Assembly (NCBI GenBank): GCA_028534125.1
Contig: CM052817.1
Span: 23,376,001-23,440,000, forward strand
From: Lama glama
Lineage: Eukaryota
Length of the DNA: 64,000 nucleotides
Direction of reading: 5' to 3'
Below, in pieces: positions 37,951 to 52,570 of this stretch. The notes beneath the pieces were generated by a model, which did not search any database, was not told the origin of the DNA, and saw only the letters and a program-made list of their open reading frames with translations. Both the position numbers and the translations under genes were made by a program. The number at the start of each line of letters is the position of its first letter. Positions within the stretch are counted from its first letter, which is position 1.

Positions 37951-38729
37951 TAAACTGTATGGTTCAGCTCTTTAGCATTTGTCTATCTTCAAGAGACAAT
38001 GTGTCTCAAACTGATATAATTTCTCTAGCAAGGTTACATTTATAGTTATTCATTTTCATCCATATTGGGTTGCAGACTATTCCCTTTCCCCCAATGACGG
38101 TTATCAATAAAACAGGCAGATATGGAAGAAATTGCTGCCTTAAATTGGAGGAAACTGTCACGAAGGATTATTTTTCATATGCATGAGTCCTCAAAAGACT
38201 GTGCAAGATCATTCTGAGTGACAGGAGACATCCTATCAGTAAGAAATATCACAAAAGCCATGATAAAAACTTTGTGCTACAGCAGACTACTGCATTTGAA
38301 TTAGGTACACAGTGTACCAGAAAGGGAAGTAAGAGTATTATATAAATATTATATAATCTTGACCAATTCGATCATTTTAAAAAGATAAATTAATTACAAA
38401 AAGTGGGAAATTAGCATAGGAATGTCTAGAGCAATATCATTTGAGAATGTAAAACTAGTCGTTCTTGACTTGTATTTTCTAATTTTTCTACCAATGATTC
38501 AGAGCTCAATTTATTCCTCTGTGGCTTTAAAAAGGAATAAATGTTAGGTAGGGAAATTCTCACCATAATTATTGGTATTTTGTGTCTAATTTTTCCACTA
38601 ATGCTTTTTGGATCAAAAATAAATATTAACACTCTGGATAATTACTTTTTATTTAGAATGACATCCTCTCTCAGTCTCCTCACTGTGACCTCACTTTTGT
38701 GAAAATGATCCTATGTTTGCATTCATCAT

Positions 38730-39847
38730 ATATCTGTCTTCTCATCAAAACAACAAGTTCTTTGGAAATGAGTGCTGTATTATCATTTGCAAAGTGCTGA
38801 CACACAGGAGACATTCAATACATGTTTGTTGACTGACTGAATAAATCAGTGGAACTTGCCTTCTCTATCATGATGAGAAAACGAGACACAGTGAGCAGTG
38901 GAGTAAACCAATATTTGGATAAGAAGGAAATATGTCCAAAAGGAAATGGTCAGCATTGCCAAATGCTACAAAATGATTAAGGAGAACAAAGACCAAGAGG
39001 CGACAGCTGTCAGATTGTAATGAGAAAGAATGTGAGTGCAAGGTAAAGAAAGTGCAGCAGTAGAAGTGAAAAATAACAATCTCTCTTGTAGAAAATAGAA
39101 GTAAAAAACTGGTCATAGAAACAGTGCACAGCAAGGGCAAATAAGCTTGTTTGCAAGGGAAGGACTTAGGTTAATGCAAAAGAAAGGAAAGAGTACGTTG
39201 TGCAGTCAGAACAGAAGCAGGGAGAAAGAACTTATTAAGTTTACTTTTACAGCAATTCTGTGAAGTATTCTTACACTTATATTGTTCTCTCTAAAATTTC
39301 ATTCTTCTGATTGAATCAGCACTTTTATAAAAATTGGTATTGCATATGCTTAAAAAAGAAAAAAAATGTATGAATTAAATTTAATGATCAATTTTTACAT
39401 TGCTTGTTTATGGGGTACATTATGCCCCATCCCATGAAGCTATTCAGATGGTTGATGACAAATAAAATTTGTTGAAATGTTATCAATGTAAGATGCAAGT
39501 AAAAGAAAACTATTTTGCAACCTAGAAGTCAGTTCAGGGCAGAAAATACATATGGAACATACACTTTTTAGTTGCAGACTCTATGCGAGGTAATATACTA
39601 CAGAGGTGCCTAAGAGTTCCTGTCCTTGATGGGCATACAGTTTAATGAGAGAGATAAATGTACCAACTTCAATACAGGCATTAAAATAAAGACATGCACA
39701 GTGTGATATGACAGCAAAGAAGGGAAGGGCATTTCAGAGGAGTTTTCTAGAGGCATTGATAACTGATTAGAAATGGGAGGAGACAAAGAATTACAGGATA
39801 CATCCCAGATTACAGATTCATGTACCTGGGATAAATTATTGCCATTA

Positions 39848-39908
<61 letters not shown>

Positions 39909-40540
39909 TATATAATATGATATATATATATACACACACACACACATACACATACATACATATATGTGTATATGTATGAAGTTTAACTGACATGATAATA
40001 AGTATTTGTTCATAATTTGAACATTACTAGTTTAAGACATCTTTGAGACATACAGACCTGACTTACAAGCAGGTAAACAGACGAGTTAGAAGTGCAGGTT
40101 GAGGGCTAAAGAGAGGTATTGGGAATCGTTAGTATATTGATGGAATATTCAATCAGGAGAGTAAATTAAGACAAACAGAAAGAAAAAGAAGTACAATCAA
40201 CTGGTTTACAGCTCCTTGGAGATCCAGTGTTTAAGGGTCAAATATAAAAGTCAAAGCCCCTACCCACCCACCCCAAGAAAGAAACCCAAGCCCATAAAAG
40301 TGCATACAAAGGACTAGGAACAAAAAATCAAATGAAATAGTGTCATTAAACTAGAAAGAGGCAAGAGTTTGAAAACTGACTGTTAAACAGCATTAGAGAG
40401 TCTCATTAAGATAAACACTGAGGGATCCACGTTAGAAAAACAGCTTTAATAGAATGGAAGGAATAGAAGCTGTGTTAATATATTTGAGGCTGGGTAATGT
40501 AGAGTATAGCTATCTATGACTGGATAATTTTGACTTGGCT
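38730..40540. mobile_element. L2 fragments (plus 3' end at ~38730-38850; minus pieces at ~38860-39200 and ~39540-40540)
   Basis: acattcaatacatgtttgttgactgactgaataaat, aaatggtcagcattgccaaatgcta and aaggagttcctgtcct-like L2 motifs. Confidence 0.6.
39852..39978. repeat. (TA)n plus (CA)n/(TACA)n compound microsatellite
   Basis: Perfect (TA) run at ~39852-39906, followed by degenerate TA/CA repeats. Confidence 0.97.
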
Positions 40541-41439
40541 GAGAGAGTAGTCAGAAAATCCGGAAAACCTAAAAGAAAAATGTAGAGAGGCTATAAAGAG
40601 ACAATTTTAGCAAGAAATCCGAATGACTTGCATACACAACGGATGCACTGAGTGGGTTGATGTTAATGGGCGCAAATAAGAAACGGCTTTATTTTTATTC
40701 TATTCCTGCGTTCAGTTAGGCTCTGCCAGTTCTCTCACATCTACTCTTAGATGATGTCAGTGAATCCCAGAGCTTTCTCTTTACTCTTATTTTGTGATTA
40801 GTCTCATTTGGATGATTGCTATTCATCTTCAGACATTATAGAGTCCTGTCCAGTCTGTGTCAGACTTTAATCTCACAGCAAATACAATTATTTATGTTAT
40901 TCTGGGCTCACAGCAGAACCATGGCTTAGCATCCTTCCCTGGGGGAGGTATGGGAGCATGATCTACCCTGAAGCTCCTGTTTCCTGCAGAGTTGTAGGAT
41001 GGGTGTAGTGTAAGTAGTAGTTCTTTCTGCGGATATTGATGCTTTTTGTGAACAGGAAATACAATTTCCTGTGCAATACATTTTGAGGGCTCATTCAGAT
41101 AAGCCTGTAAGGTTCAGCAGATAATCAGCTAAGTCTCCTGTCTTTATAGGCATGTCAGAATTCACCAAGGAGCTCTCTTGCAGACCCTAAGCAAGGTTTT
41201 AGGTGCCAGGAGCAGGAGCCCTAAGGGATGGGATCATAAGAAATCAACTTTCATGAAAATGTACTTCCCACATCAGGGATCTGTCATTCTATGCCTTAAT
41301 AAGTCTTCCCAAAAATGTAAATAAAAGAAAGGAAGCCTAAAATCAGCAACATTTAAATATATGTGATAGAGCTATCATTGAAGTTTGAATTAAAGTAGTG
41401 GCATTCATATAAGGATTTTACCTGTTGACATGATCCATT

Positions 41440-41720
41440 TACCTCTCCCCCCAGCTACAGAAGAGCCACTAGTGTGGGAATGAATTGAGGTGGTGGGAGA
41501 AAAGGAATAACAAGAGATCAGGTGGTGCTTCTCTTCCTGCTGCAGGTCCTTGAGCCTAAGATCAAGTTTCAAACTGGATTTGGAAGCTTTGAATTGAATG
41601 TGAGATTGATATATTAAATTAAACTAGACTGAAAGTTTAAATGCTTGAAAGTACACCTCAAGTGATACTAATGTAATAGTAGAAAGGAACTAATGAGCTA
41701 AATACAGGATCAGACTGTCC
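41440..41720. mobile_element. Ancient LTR fragment (LTR78/79-like, tentative)
   Basis: cctgctgcagg...gaagctttgaattgaatgtgagattga...actagactgaaagtttaaatgcttgaaagt resembles the remembered consensus. Confidence 0.4.
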
Positions 41721-41749
41721 AATCAGCTAAAATCAGAGATCTCACTGAA

Positions 41750-42240
41750 TGTCAAGCTCTACTAAATAATTAAAGGACGTCGGCAAGCAAGAGGTACAGT
41801 AGAACAAAAAGAGCTCTGGGGAACTGAGGCAGTTCCCTGGGGTCCCCACGTTTCCATGTCTGACATGCATCTCTGACACAGGAGAGATGAGGTCCCTAAT
41901 GAGTTTGTCAAGCACTTCACACAGTGGCAAGAATTTCATGTACGACACGTCTTCACTTTGTATCAGAGATACCATAGCTTGCATAGACCTCTCCAGGGTG
42001 TCAGTTCTCGGAGATCCTAAGTTCTACTCAGTACAGGTTATTCTTAGGCAGAGACAGTCTACGAAGGGATTTTAATAAGTTCTCTTCCTCTCAGCAGATA
42101 CCTTTTTTTTTCTATTTACTTGAGAATACAGGTACAAGGAAGGTAATCTGTTTCGCCTGTTTTATGTATTTTTTTCCTCTGGAGGTTCCGCTCCTGTTTA
42201 TTCTTAACTGGAAAGTTCTGAAATCTTCCTGTGATGTTAT
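41750..42240 (-). mobile_element. Probable ancient LTR, family unassigned
   Basis: The minus strand ends ...cctttaattatttagtagagcttgaca, an LTR-like U5/CA end. GC is higher than in the flanks. No recognisable protein homology. Confidence 0.3.
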
Positions 42241-42289
42241 TAAAAGGAAAGAATTATACAGTAGAGCATGTTTGAAGTTAGAACTCAGG

Positions 42290-42960
42290 GTGATAAAATC
42301 AAGAGATGATAAAACCTAGCATTCAAGGCAATACTATTTAAATTGAAATGCCACGTCACACCCAGAAAAATGACAAGAATAAGAAGTTATATAGTATCAA
42401 ATATTAGATAGATGTTAATAAAATATGACTTAGAAATTTCACTTTGCAATACAAAAACATCTTATAATAATTCATGAGAGGATAGGTATGAGAGTGTTCA
42501 ATGTAACATCATTTGTGGTAGCAGAGAGTAGGAGCCAGCCTACATACTGATCTCTGAACAGCTGGGTATAGAAAATGTGGTAAATATCACCATAGAATTC
42601 TATGCACAGTTAGAAACAACAAGATATATGTAATTAGCAACATAGCTACATTTCAACACCATAGTGTTGAATGAATAACAAGGACAGAATAGCAAAATGC
42701 CATTACCATATATTTAAATATGTGTAATATACACGTAAAACAGCAATACATATTTTGCAAGGGCACATAGTTTTTCAAATGTATACATATGTGTTTGAGT
42801 AAATGCCAGTGGGGATCAGGGTATGAGCATAAAAGGAATACAATTGATCTTAAATGTTAAATATTAAAATAAGGGAGGCATTCTACTGATGGTGATAATA
42901 TGCTTTACATTAATGAAAATGATTACTCAATCTTTTGAACCTGTGATCTACAAATATATT
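42290..42960 (+). mobile_element. Old L1M ORF2 end and 3'UTR
   Basis: gaaaatgtggtaaatatcaccatagaattctatgcacagttagaaac matches the L1 ORF2 C-terminal region. Confidence 0.65.
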
Positions 42961-45900
42961 TAAGGAAGAAAGGGAAGAGAGCAATAGAACGGTCTGTATG
43001 AAAGTATAGATGGTGAATCTGATAAAGGTGTTATTTTTGTGGAGTGTAAATATAGTTGTTGTTGTTTTGTTTTGCTTTCTTAAGGGTGGGAGATGTAATT
43101 ACATGCTTAGAATGAAGAAAATAGGCAAGTAGGGGAAGCATTCACAGCATAGACAGAGTTTCTGAGAGAGCTAAAGTAACTTTTTCCAAGGTAAACAGCT
43201 ACTGATTGGACATGCCAAAATGAAAACCCAAAGTTCTGACTCCAAATTCAGTGGTTTTTCTAGCATATTTATAAATTGTGTTCATGTAAATGTAAAATCA
43301 TTCGAAGTATTAGATTCATAGAAATAGCTCATGTTCATTTCTAAACTGTTAATAAAGTATTCATTTCTGTATTTATTTTGACTTATTGTACAAGCTGAAA
43401 TGTTTACTCAAATGTGGTTTTAACATCTTTATTAGGCTACTGTTATGACTGTGCTGTGAAAACTCTGGAAAACAATATATCTATATTGAAAAGATGTATC
43501 GGATTTAAGACTAGAAGTCTTTAGCAAAAATTTGCATTTGAGTCACTATATTTCCAGTTATCTTTATGATATGTACTGATTTTACTCAATTATAACACAA
43601 GTATTTTTCATTTTTATAGTTAACTCACTGTATACATTAGAAATTTTAGAAACAGACAGAATTATAAAACCAGTATTAATTATTACATGTGCTTTAATTT
43701 CTATTATTTAGTAACATAAATATTATGTCTTCTTAATTCAGTAAAGGCTTATTCTTGGTAATATTTACCATTTTTAAAGAAAGTGCATAATTTAATATCT
43801 GTAGTATAAGTAAGCCTATCTCCAGTGTCTAAACTCTCAGAAATGAAATTTTGTTTTTAAATGAAGACTATCATATAAAATATTTGCATTTTCAATAACT
43901 ACACTATATTAATCCCTACAATTTCATCTACAACCTGTAGTAATTGTTCATACATACACAGTAATTATAATAGAAAAGTCAACTATAATCTCAAACATCT
44001 CTATTAATGTAAACAGAAATTATAAATCCCTTCTTATAATAAAAATCAAGTGACTAACCTTCATGCAGTCATAGTTCAACTTCTATAGGAATATACAGGT
44101 AAGACTATTATTATTTCTAGAAAAACCTACAGGTAATTTTATTAGTGATATCCAAATTTGTTTCAAGAAATTCTTCTTTCTCAGTATGACAAACATGGAA
44201 TAAAGATGATGAGTTTACTATAATGTGTCTTTCCTTTCCTTTCTTCCATCTTCTCTGGTTTGAGTTTTTTTTTGGTTTTTGTTTTTTCTTTTTCATCATT
44301 AACACTGCTAACTTCTTAATGAGTGATCAGAAGCTATGATACAAGAAATAAAGAAAGTACTAGTGGTCAGAAAAGTAAATTATTTAAGGAAAAATAGCAG
44401 CATGTAAAGTTACTTTATCACTGACTGGGTAAGGAAGTTGACTTGTACTAAAAGAAAAGAAATAGGGGAAGCAAAAGAGCTATGATAAATGGATACAATC
44501 AACTATAGATAAATGACCACAATGATCTGACTTGTTCACTTATAATCTTCTGAGAAACATTTAATTTCAATGAAAACTGCTGAGTTTTTTGTGGATTTTT
44601 TTTTTTTTTTGCTTTTGGTCAAATCTTTATATAATGTATTCTTTCCTTGAGCACAGCTAATAAAAGTGAACAAGAATACATATTAATCATTTAATAAAGA
44701 GTTTCAAGAAACATGCAATGGAGGTAAACATTTCTCTTTCCCTCATTTTAATACGGGTATGTCATCATTGTATTGTTTCTCATACAATGATTTTAAATTC
44801 TCCTATTCTAATAATGAGTAACTGGGATAGCCAGAAGCTGTGAAATGAAAGGAGTTGAGTTCTATGTCTCTTAGTTATTACTGTGATAGCTTGAACAAAC
44901 CTCTTACTCTATGAAATGTAATATTATTTAAATGGAAGACTAATTAAAGATAATGTTCATGAAAGTAGTTTGGAAGCAAAATGCTATGGTGTTAAGAGTC
45001 TGAGATACCTGCTTTTGAGTCTTTCTATATGTGTGATGCCCTGGGCATCACATATTATGGTGCTGAATCTGAATTTCCTTGCATTTAGTGATTATAATGC
45101 TTACATGATTTGTTGTTCAAAGTAAATATTTTAGACTTAGTACAATGCCTAACATAAAATACAGACAAAAATTATAACTTTCCTTTCACTACCTGCTTAT
45201 TAAAAGAAAAAATACATTTGTCTTCACATTTTGCCAGTTTTGATTCCCTTTATTAAAATACTACTGAGTTGAACAGTTACATTTAACAGTTTTTATATAT
45301 TCATTGCCAGGTTTCAACATTAAACCTTAGGATTTTAAAAAAGTGTTTGGGATAAAAGAAAATTAAAAAATCCAAAGTTATGAGCTTTATTTCTTACTAT
45401 TTTTTTATTTTAAAATTAAAAAAAATTAAGAAGTTATTACCATATTAAAGAAAAATATATCCATTAAAATATTTTTCATTGCATTATATATCCAATTGAC
45501 ATTTATTGAGAACTTTAGGTGTGCTAGTTTTTATCCAAGTTTGATAGATTACAAAGAAATATAAGAGTAGTCCTATGTCTCCAAGGACTAAACGGCTTTT
45601 TGGGGACACTATACGGTGAGCAAATATTTGCAATAAAATAAGAGAAGTGCTGAGCGAAATGTTCACACATGGTTAGGAGATATTGACAATAGAATGACTA
45701 CTTGCATTGAGTTTGAGGACACTTCATAGAGAAATGAGCATTAACTAGACTCTTCAAGAAAAATATTAGAAAGGTCTCTGATGTTTGAAAATGGAATAAT
45801 CAAGGAAATTATAAGCAAAAGAGAATAAAGGGAACACCGTATAAAATGTGGATGGATAGATGTTACACTTGGTGTGCCATGCATAGAATGCAGAAAGCAT

Positions 45901-46274
45901 ATGTAGAGAGAAAATACTACACACATTTTTGTATGAAGTTGACAATTGCAACTTTATTCAGAGCTCATTTTAAAAATGTTAAGTATCAACATTGTTTTCA
46001 TTGTAATTTTAACTTTGGAAAGGAATTTAATAATGTTCTTTCTGTTACCTTCTTTAAAAAGTTATCATTTTTCATATATTACTAGTATTCTTCTGAGTTA
46101 CTACTTTTTTTTTTTCATTTTCCTACTTCTGGACTAGAGAGAAATAATCCGATAATTAAGACCATATATTTCTGTACTTATTTTCTGTTTACATTAATCA
46201 TTACTTATTAATTCCAGATATATCCACTAAAGACATTCTGTGGATCAGGCATCGTGCTAGATCATAAATTTTGA

Positions 46275-47415
46275 GTCAAAAGGAATCAATTAAGATAATC
46301 AAAAGAAATCCACAGATTGGGAGAAAATATTTGCAAATAACATATATCTAGAGCACCTGTATCTAAAATATACAGAGAACTCTTAAAACTCAACAATAAG
46401 AAATAAACAAACAACCCAATTTAAAATGGGCAAAAGATCTAAACAGACACCTTACAAGGACGATACAGAGGTGACAAATTAGTGCATAAAAAGATGCTCA
46501 ACATTATATGTCATGAAGACAATGCAAATTAAAAGAATAGTGACATACAGCTATATACATTAGAATGACCCAAACACTGACATTACCAAATGCTAGTAAG
46601 AATGTGAAGCAATAGGAACTCTCATTCAGTGTTGGTGAGAATGCAAAATGGTACAGTCACATTGAAAGACAGTTTGATGATTCTTAAAAAACAAAACAAA
46701 ACATAGTCTCTGCATAAGATCTAGCAGTCTGATTCATAGGTATTTACATAGAGGAGTTGAAAACTTGTGTACATACATAAACGTGGATGCAAATATTTGT
46801 AGCAATTTTATTAAAATTGCCCAAATTTGGAAGCAACCAAGATATCCTTCGTATGTCCAGCATATGAATGAATAAACGAACTGTGGTACATCCATAAGAT
46901 GGAGCATTATTCAACAATACAAAGAAACACTCTGTTAAATCCACAAAGACATGGAGTGATCTTAAATGCAATCTGCTAAGTGAGAGAATACAGTCAGAAA
47001 AAGCTACACACTGTAAGATTCAAACTATGAAACATTCTGGAAAAGAAAAAAACTATAGAGACATTAAAAAGATCTGGAAGTTTATAGAGAGAGGAGGGTT
47101 AACTGGTGAAGTACAAGAGATTTTTAAGGCAGTATAACTATACTGTATGATATTGTAATGGTGAATTTACGACATTAGGCATTTGTCAAAAACATTAAAC
47201 TGTACATCACAAACAGGGAACTCTGGTGTAAACTGTAGAGTGTAGTTAATAATACCCATATTAGTCCATCAATTGTAACAAATATATCACACTCATGTAA
47301 AATGTCAATAATAATGGAAATGGAAGGGAGGTACATGGGAACACTGTACTTCCTACTCAGTTTTTCTGCAGATCTAACAACCACTTTAAAAATAAAATCT
47401 GTTAATTAAAAACAA
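46275..47415 (+). mobile_element. L1MC-like ORF2 3' part and 3'UTR
   Basis: cacagattgggagaaaatatttgcaaat...aaaactcaacaataag...aaatgggcaaaagatctaaacagacac, with 3' end gtacatgggaacactgtacttcctactcagtttttctg. Confidence 0.9.
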
Positions 47416-47429
47416 ATTTTAAAGAAAGT

Positions 47430-48515
47430 ACAAAACATAGTTGAAGAATTTCTAGAAAACAAAGAAAATAAAAACACTATATAGAGGAATATTTATAATA
47501 CATCCAAGTGTTCAGAGAAAAAATACAAAGCTTTAAGGACTTATGTAGATTTTTAAATTAAATTATTAACCAATTTTTTATCAATTTTTTAAAAATTCAG
47601 TAATAACAATAAATTAAACAAAGATAAAACAGAAGACTCAATTATGAAATCAATATTCAATAGAGAGCAAAAAATATAGCTGGATTAAATTTATAAAGCT
47701 AGTTCTTTGATAAAAGAGCATAAAAAAGACAAAACTATTTAAATCAAGGAATAAAAGTAAGGAAATCAAACGTATAGCATAAAGAATGATTAGAGGGGAA
47801 CAAAATTCACAGATAAAAATAAGTTTCATAAAACATGAGAATATTTATTTCTGATACTATTCAAATAAAAATGTTTTAAAGTAGATGAAATGGGTAATAT
47901 AATAGGATAATTAAGTTCACTTAAACTGATCTTACAGAAAATATAAATTTAAAGTGACTAGTTCCTACAGGAGAAAGAGAAAAATGTGTAAAATGTTACT
48001 TCCCATATTGTACAAAGGACAGATAAATAAAAAGATAGATAAACAGATAGATAGATAATAGATAGATAGGTAAACAAGAAACACAAGGGATAAATTATTT
48101 CATAGGCAAATTCTAACAAATCTCTAACCAATTAATAATCTCATACTAGTTAAATTATACCATGACATAAAGATAAACATTTTAAATAAATTCCTAGATC
48201 TTAATGAAAATATCATAAAAAATGATTCACAAAACTTAATTGACTCTCACCAGAGATTATTTCAAGATTTCAAAGACGTTTCAATGTTAGAAATTCTGTT
48301 TATATAAAGTGTCAAATTTATAAACCTTAGAGAGAAAAACCATTTGTTCATCGCTATAAATGCTGAAAAGGCAGCTGGCAAAAATCAAAACAATTCTCTA
48401 TAATTATACTTAATAATAGAGAAAGTCTAGGTTAACATTTATTAATCAGTTAAGATCAAATTAAAATTTTAAAAAGCACAAAAACATATATATAATCGAA
48501 TGCACTTAAAATAAG
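47430..48515 (+). mobile_element. Highly decayed L1 ORF2 (endonuclease-RT linker region)
   Basis: A-rich sequence with taaagctagttctttgataaaa and ataaatgctgaaaaggcagctggcaaaaatcaa (resembling I-DAEKAFDKIQ). Confidence 0.7.
48020..48072. repeat. (GATA)n microsatellite, degenerate
   Basis: Directly visible. Confidence 0.85.
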
Positions 48516-48569
48516 AATAAAATTTACAATAGGCTGTTGGCGGCATTTACCAGGAGACCTAAACTATCC

Positions 48570-48934
48570 CACAGGTTTGAAAAGCTTTGCCCAAGGAACT
48601 GATGTTTGAGTTGAGATCTGAAGGATAAATATGGGATAAAATAGAAGGAGGGATGTCCGAGCGTAAAACACAGCACAGATGGTAGTTCTGAAGATAGAAG
48701 AATCATGGCCAAAAGAAAAACTGAGAGGACAGTATGTCTGAAGGGCAGAAGAGGAGCGGTACTGAACCAAAGAAGATGTAGAAGGAAGTAGAAGAGGAAC
48801 AATGTCATGATGTCCTATGGGGAAGTCAGGAAGTGATTTACTTAATAGTTTAAGATTTGAGTAGGTAGCGAGGGAGAGGATGGAAAGAAGAGACTACCAA
48901 TTGGCAAAGTAATGGAGTATGTACACAGATTCTC
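48570..48934 (-). mobile_element. L2 fragment
   Basis: aaggaactgatgtttgagttgagatctgaagga L2 motif. Confidence 0.65.
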
Positions 48935-48948
48935 AGATTAAATGATAT

Positions 48949-49422
48949 ATTTTTTATTGAAGTATAGTCAGTTTATAATGTGTCAATTTCTGGTGTACAG
49001 CACAATTCTTCAGTCATATAAGAACAGACATATATTTGTTTTCATATTCTCTTTCACCATAAGTTATAAGATATTGAATATAGTTCCCTGTGCTATACAG
49101 TATGAACTTGTTGTTTATCCATTTTATATATATATATATTAGTATCTGCAAATCTTGAACTCCCAATTTATCCTTTCCCACCCTCCTCCCCCACAGGTAA
49201 CCATAAGATTATTTTCTATGTCTCTGAGTCTTTTTCTGTTTTGTAAATAAGTTCATTTGTTTTTTTGTCTTTTTGTTTTTTGTTTTTTTAGATTCCACGT
49301 ATGAGTGATAATCATATGGTAGTTTTCTTTCTCTTTCTGGCTTATTTCACTTAGAACGACAATCTCCTCGTCCATCCATGTTGCTGCAAATGGCATTATT
49401 TTATTCTTTTTTATGGCTGAGA
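48949..49422 (-). mobile_element. 5'-truncated young camelid-type L1 (ORF2 end plus 3'UTR)
   Basis: The ORF track shows SAIKKNKIMPFAATWMDEEIVVLSEISQKEKENYHMI, the L1 ORF2 C-terminus. Perfect 14-bp TSD agattaaatgatat at 48935-48948 and 49423-49436. Confidence 0.93.
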
Positions 49423-52389
49423 AGATTAAATGATATGGAGAGTTTCTGTTACTTGAGTGTGCAGTCCAAACACGTGACATGTTAAAACGTAGATTTGGAT
49501 TCAGTCATTCTGATGATGCCCACCCCCCTGGTCTGTGGGCCAACCCCACACTGAATAGCAGGGTTCTATAGATCACAGACCTAAAAAATGATAATGCTTG
49601 AACTAACTTTCTCTGACTACTATTCCATTCTGTTGGATACTTTGGAATATATCATTCAATGAAATAAATCAAGTAATGAATGGAAGTAGATTTTCAGGAG
49701 AAAAACATAGTTTTCTTTTAGAATTCCTTAGAATTTTCTTTGATCTCTCCTTATAAATTTTTCAATACTGTCTTACTTGCCAAGAACATATTTCTCTGAC
49801 CCCTTCTCACAACAGAAAATCTTTTCTGCACAAAAATACATGAGATTAGTCACAAATGATCTTTAATACTACTAACACTTAAAGTATATTTTCTTTGTAA
49901 GTTTACAACTGAAAGGGCATTGGGTTATTTTGTGTGTACGTGTGCTGTGTAAGTCATTTTACAGATTCTTTTTGACCTGTACAATACACATTTTTAAGAT
50001 TTAAAAGATACTCATCATAACCATAGTCTGTAGGATAGGTAAAAACTATTAGTACTACCACCTATAAAAATATATATTTCTGTAGATGCTGTTTCACTAG
50101 CATATTTGTTCATTTGTTTATTGTTTGCATGTATTACCCTCCAGAATAATATCTAATTGATTGTTTAATTTTCTTTTTTAGCATTGATATCATGGCCATG
50201 AGAATATACTTGGTATTCTAGGAGAAGTATTCAGTAACTGCTTTGATACATTTATTTGAGCAACCACTTATCCTGGGAAATGCTCATTGCACTTGGCCCT
50301 CAACAATCTAGATACTTTTTCTTTTTTTTAAGGAAATAAGCTAGAGAGGAAATCAGTGGCTGACTTTTGAACAACTTTCTAACTTTGCACTTTTCCATAA
50401 ATAAAACATTAGACTTCCCAATTTGTAACATCTGGATTTGGATACAGAGACTGCCATTATGTAACTGACCAATTAAAAGAGGCACAACTATGAGAAAACA
50501 TATATTGTCAACAATTCTTTGTCTTTATTTTCCTAACCAGGAAATTAAATCCATCCAAAAGATTATAAGCTTGAGCAATGGCTTTCTCTGTGTTAATCAA
50601 TGTAGGCAGAGTTGTACAGTGTCATTCTGTTGAAAATAAGCATCGTTGCATGATTGGCTCAATGACCTTATGCTGTCCAAAATGTAAATGATAATTTTAC
50701 ATATTTTATCAGTCAGCTTTTTATAGTAAATGCTGTACAGTGGATTACTGACTTGAATTATTTATGGTAACATCATCTTATATCCTGATTGAAATGCATA
50801 CTTTATAAGCAACGTATTAAAGGAAAAACTAAAGGTTACTTATGGGATGGTGTATTCAAAATATGCAGGTAGCTTCAAGTTTTCTATAGTGAATATAGGT
50901 ATATTTTTTAATGTACTTTTCCTTGCCAGTTACATGCAGATCTTTATTTGGAAGGGTCTTCAGAATTCAATTAACGGGAAGTGGCAAATTTAAAAACCTA
51001 CTGGGATCAGGCAGATAATGAAAAATAAACAAAGAAGCTCAGTGGTAGAAAAACAACAATCAGTGGTTTGGGACATGTGAAAATGACAACAACAACAGAA
51101 ACATGTCTTAGATACAGTGAGGAGCTGGTCGTCAGCCCCAGCCACCCGATGTCGCCAAGGAATTAGTTTTTTAGATGTTTTTCAGCCTCGTAAGTGCTGA
51201 AACAAAATGCTTTTAAAGCCTTTCCAGTGCAAACAGATTAGCTGTGCATTTTTATTCATAACCCTTGGGTTATTATCAATTGAAATGAATTTAACCATCC
51301 TTTCAAATTCATGTTTTCATGTTTTTTCTGTGTGTTCTAAAAATAGTTAACATTAATTGAATTTTTCCAGAATGAGATAACTTTATCATAGTAAACTTTA
51401 CACAAGTTACTTCATTTCATCCACACAATAACACTATAGGTAAATGCCATTATCCTCCCCACCTTTTTTTTTTTTAATATATGTGACATGGGGAGTTTAC
51501 TGTACTAAGAAGTCAGTCTTCAGAAACAGTGCCCCTAACTTCGATGCTTCAAATAGTGCATATGGAAGCTAGAGGTACCCACGTGTACAGATGCAGATGG
51601 TGCTCCGTTTCTCCTGTCTATACATCTATCCGTCTATCTATCCTATTCTATCTAATAGAATTACATGTTATGAATATCTACTTTTAACCGAGTTTCTTTT
51701 CTTACACTGTTGATAGATAATACCATTTTAAATTACTCTCTCAAACTATTGATTACTGCTTCATCCACATTATTTTGTCTGCCACTTTCCCTTATAATTC
51801 ACTCTTCCTGAATTTGTCTTTTATCATTTGAAAAGCCTTTCCCTAATTTTTCTCCTCTTCCCCTTTGTAGTCTATATATTATTGAGCCTTTTCAAAAACC
51901 TTCTAGACTAAATGTACCTTACTATGATTATACCTTTATTTTCTTTCTGTTTAGAATATATGGCCCATATAATTTATTACTTAGAATTATAGTATTTTAA
52001 ATGTACTAATGCCAATCAAATATGCTTATGTTGTTTTAAATACAGGTTTTAGGATTTTTGAAATCAAGGATCAACATTTCTGCTTTTTATTCTATTCATT
52101 TTCTTTCTTCTCCCACAGTGCCCAGCCAAAACCAGAAACACATTAAGGTCATTCAATAATTGCTTGTTAAACAAAAGAAAGAACAAATATTTGAAAATGG
52201 CCTAGAAAACTGTAAGAGGGTCCTTTTGACCTAAAAACATTATACTAGTACCTTCCAGGAATGTCAGAATTAAGCATATAAGTACTAATATCAATGAAAG
52301 TGTCCTTTATCTGGGTAATGTTCTGTTTTCTGAGCAAAATCCTAATGTACTTTGGTAGTTAGGCCTGTTGGGATCATTAAGAGTATATG

Positions 52390-52570
52390 ATGGGTAGAGA
52401 ACCAAGTTCATGGAATGAACACCACCCTAGGAATTCGAACCACCCATTCCTATGTCAAGCCATCTTTTTTTAAAATTTTTGAGTTCTTGCCTCCCTGAGC
52501 TTTATTTCTCTTTTCTATGAAATTAAGTAGACAATCTTTAAGACCTCTTCTAGTTCTAAACTGTTATAAT
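52390..52570 (+). mobile_element. MIR fragment
   Basis: cctccctgagctttatttctcttttctatgaaa...gacaatctttaagacctcttctagttctaaa. Confidence 0.6.

Noticed and set aside
37679..39993. ORFs with FLPS/FFLS and YI repeats
   Set aside because: They are translations of the (GAAA/GGAA)n and (TA)n microsatellites.
41742..41984. 80-aa minus-strand ORF
   Set aside because: No recognisable homology, and it falls in probable old LTR sequence.
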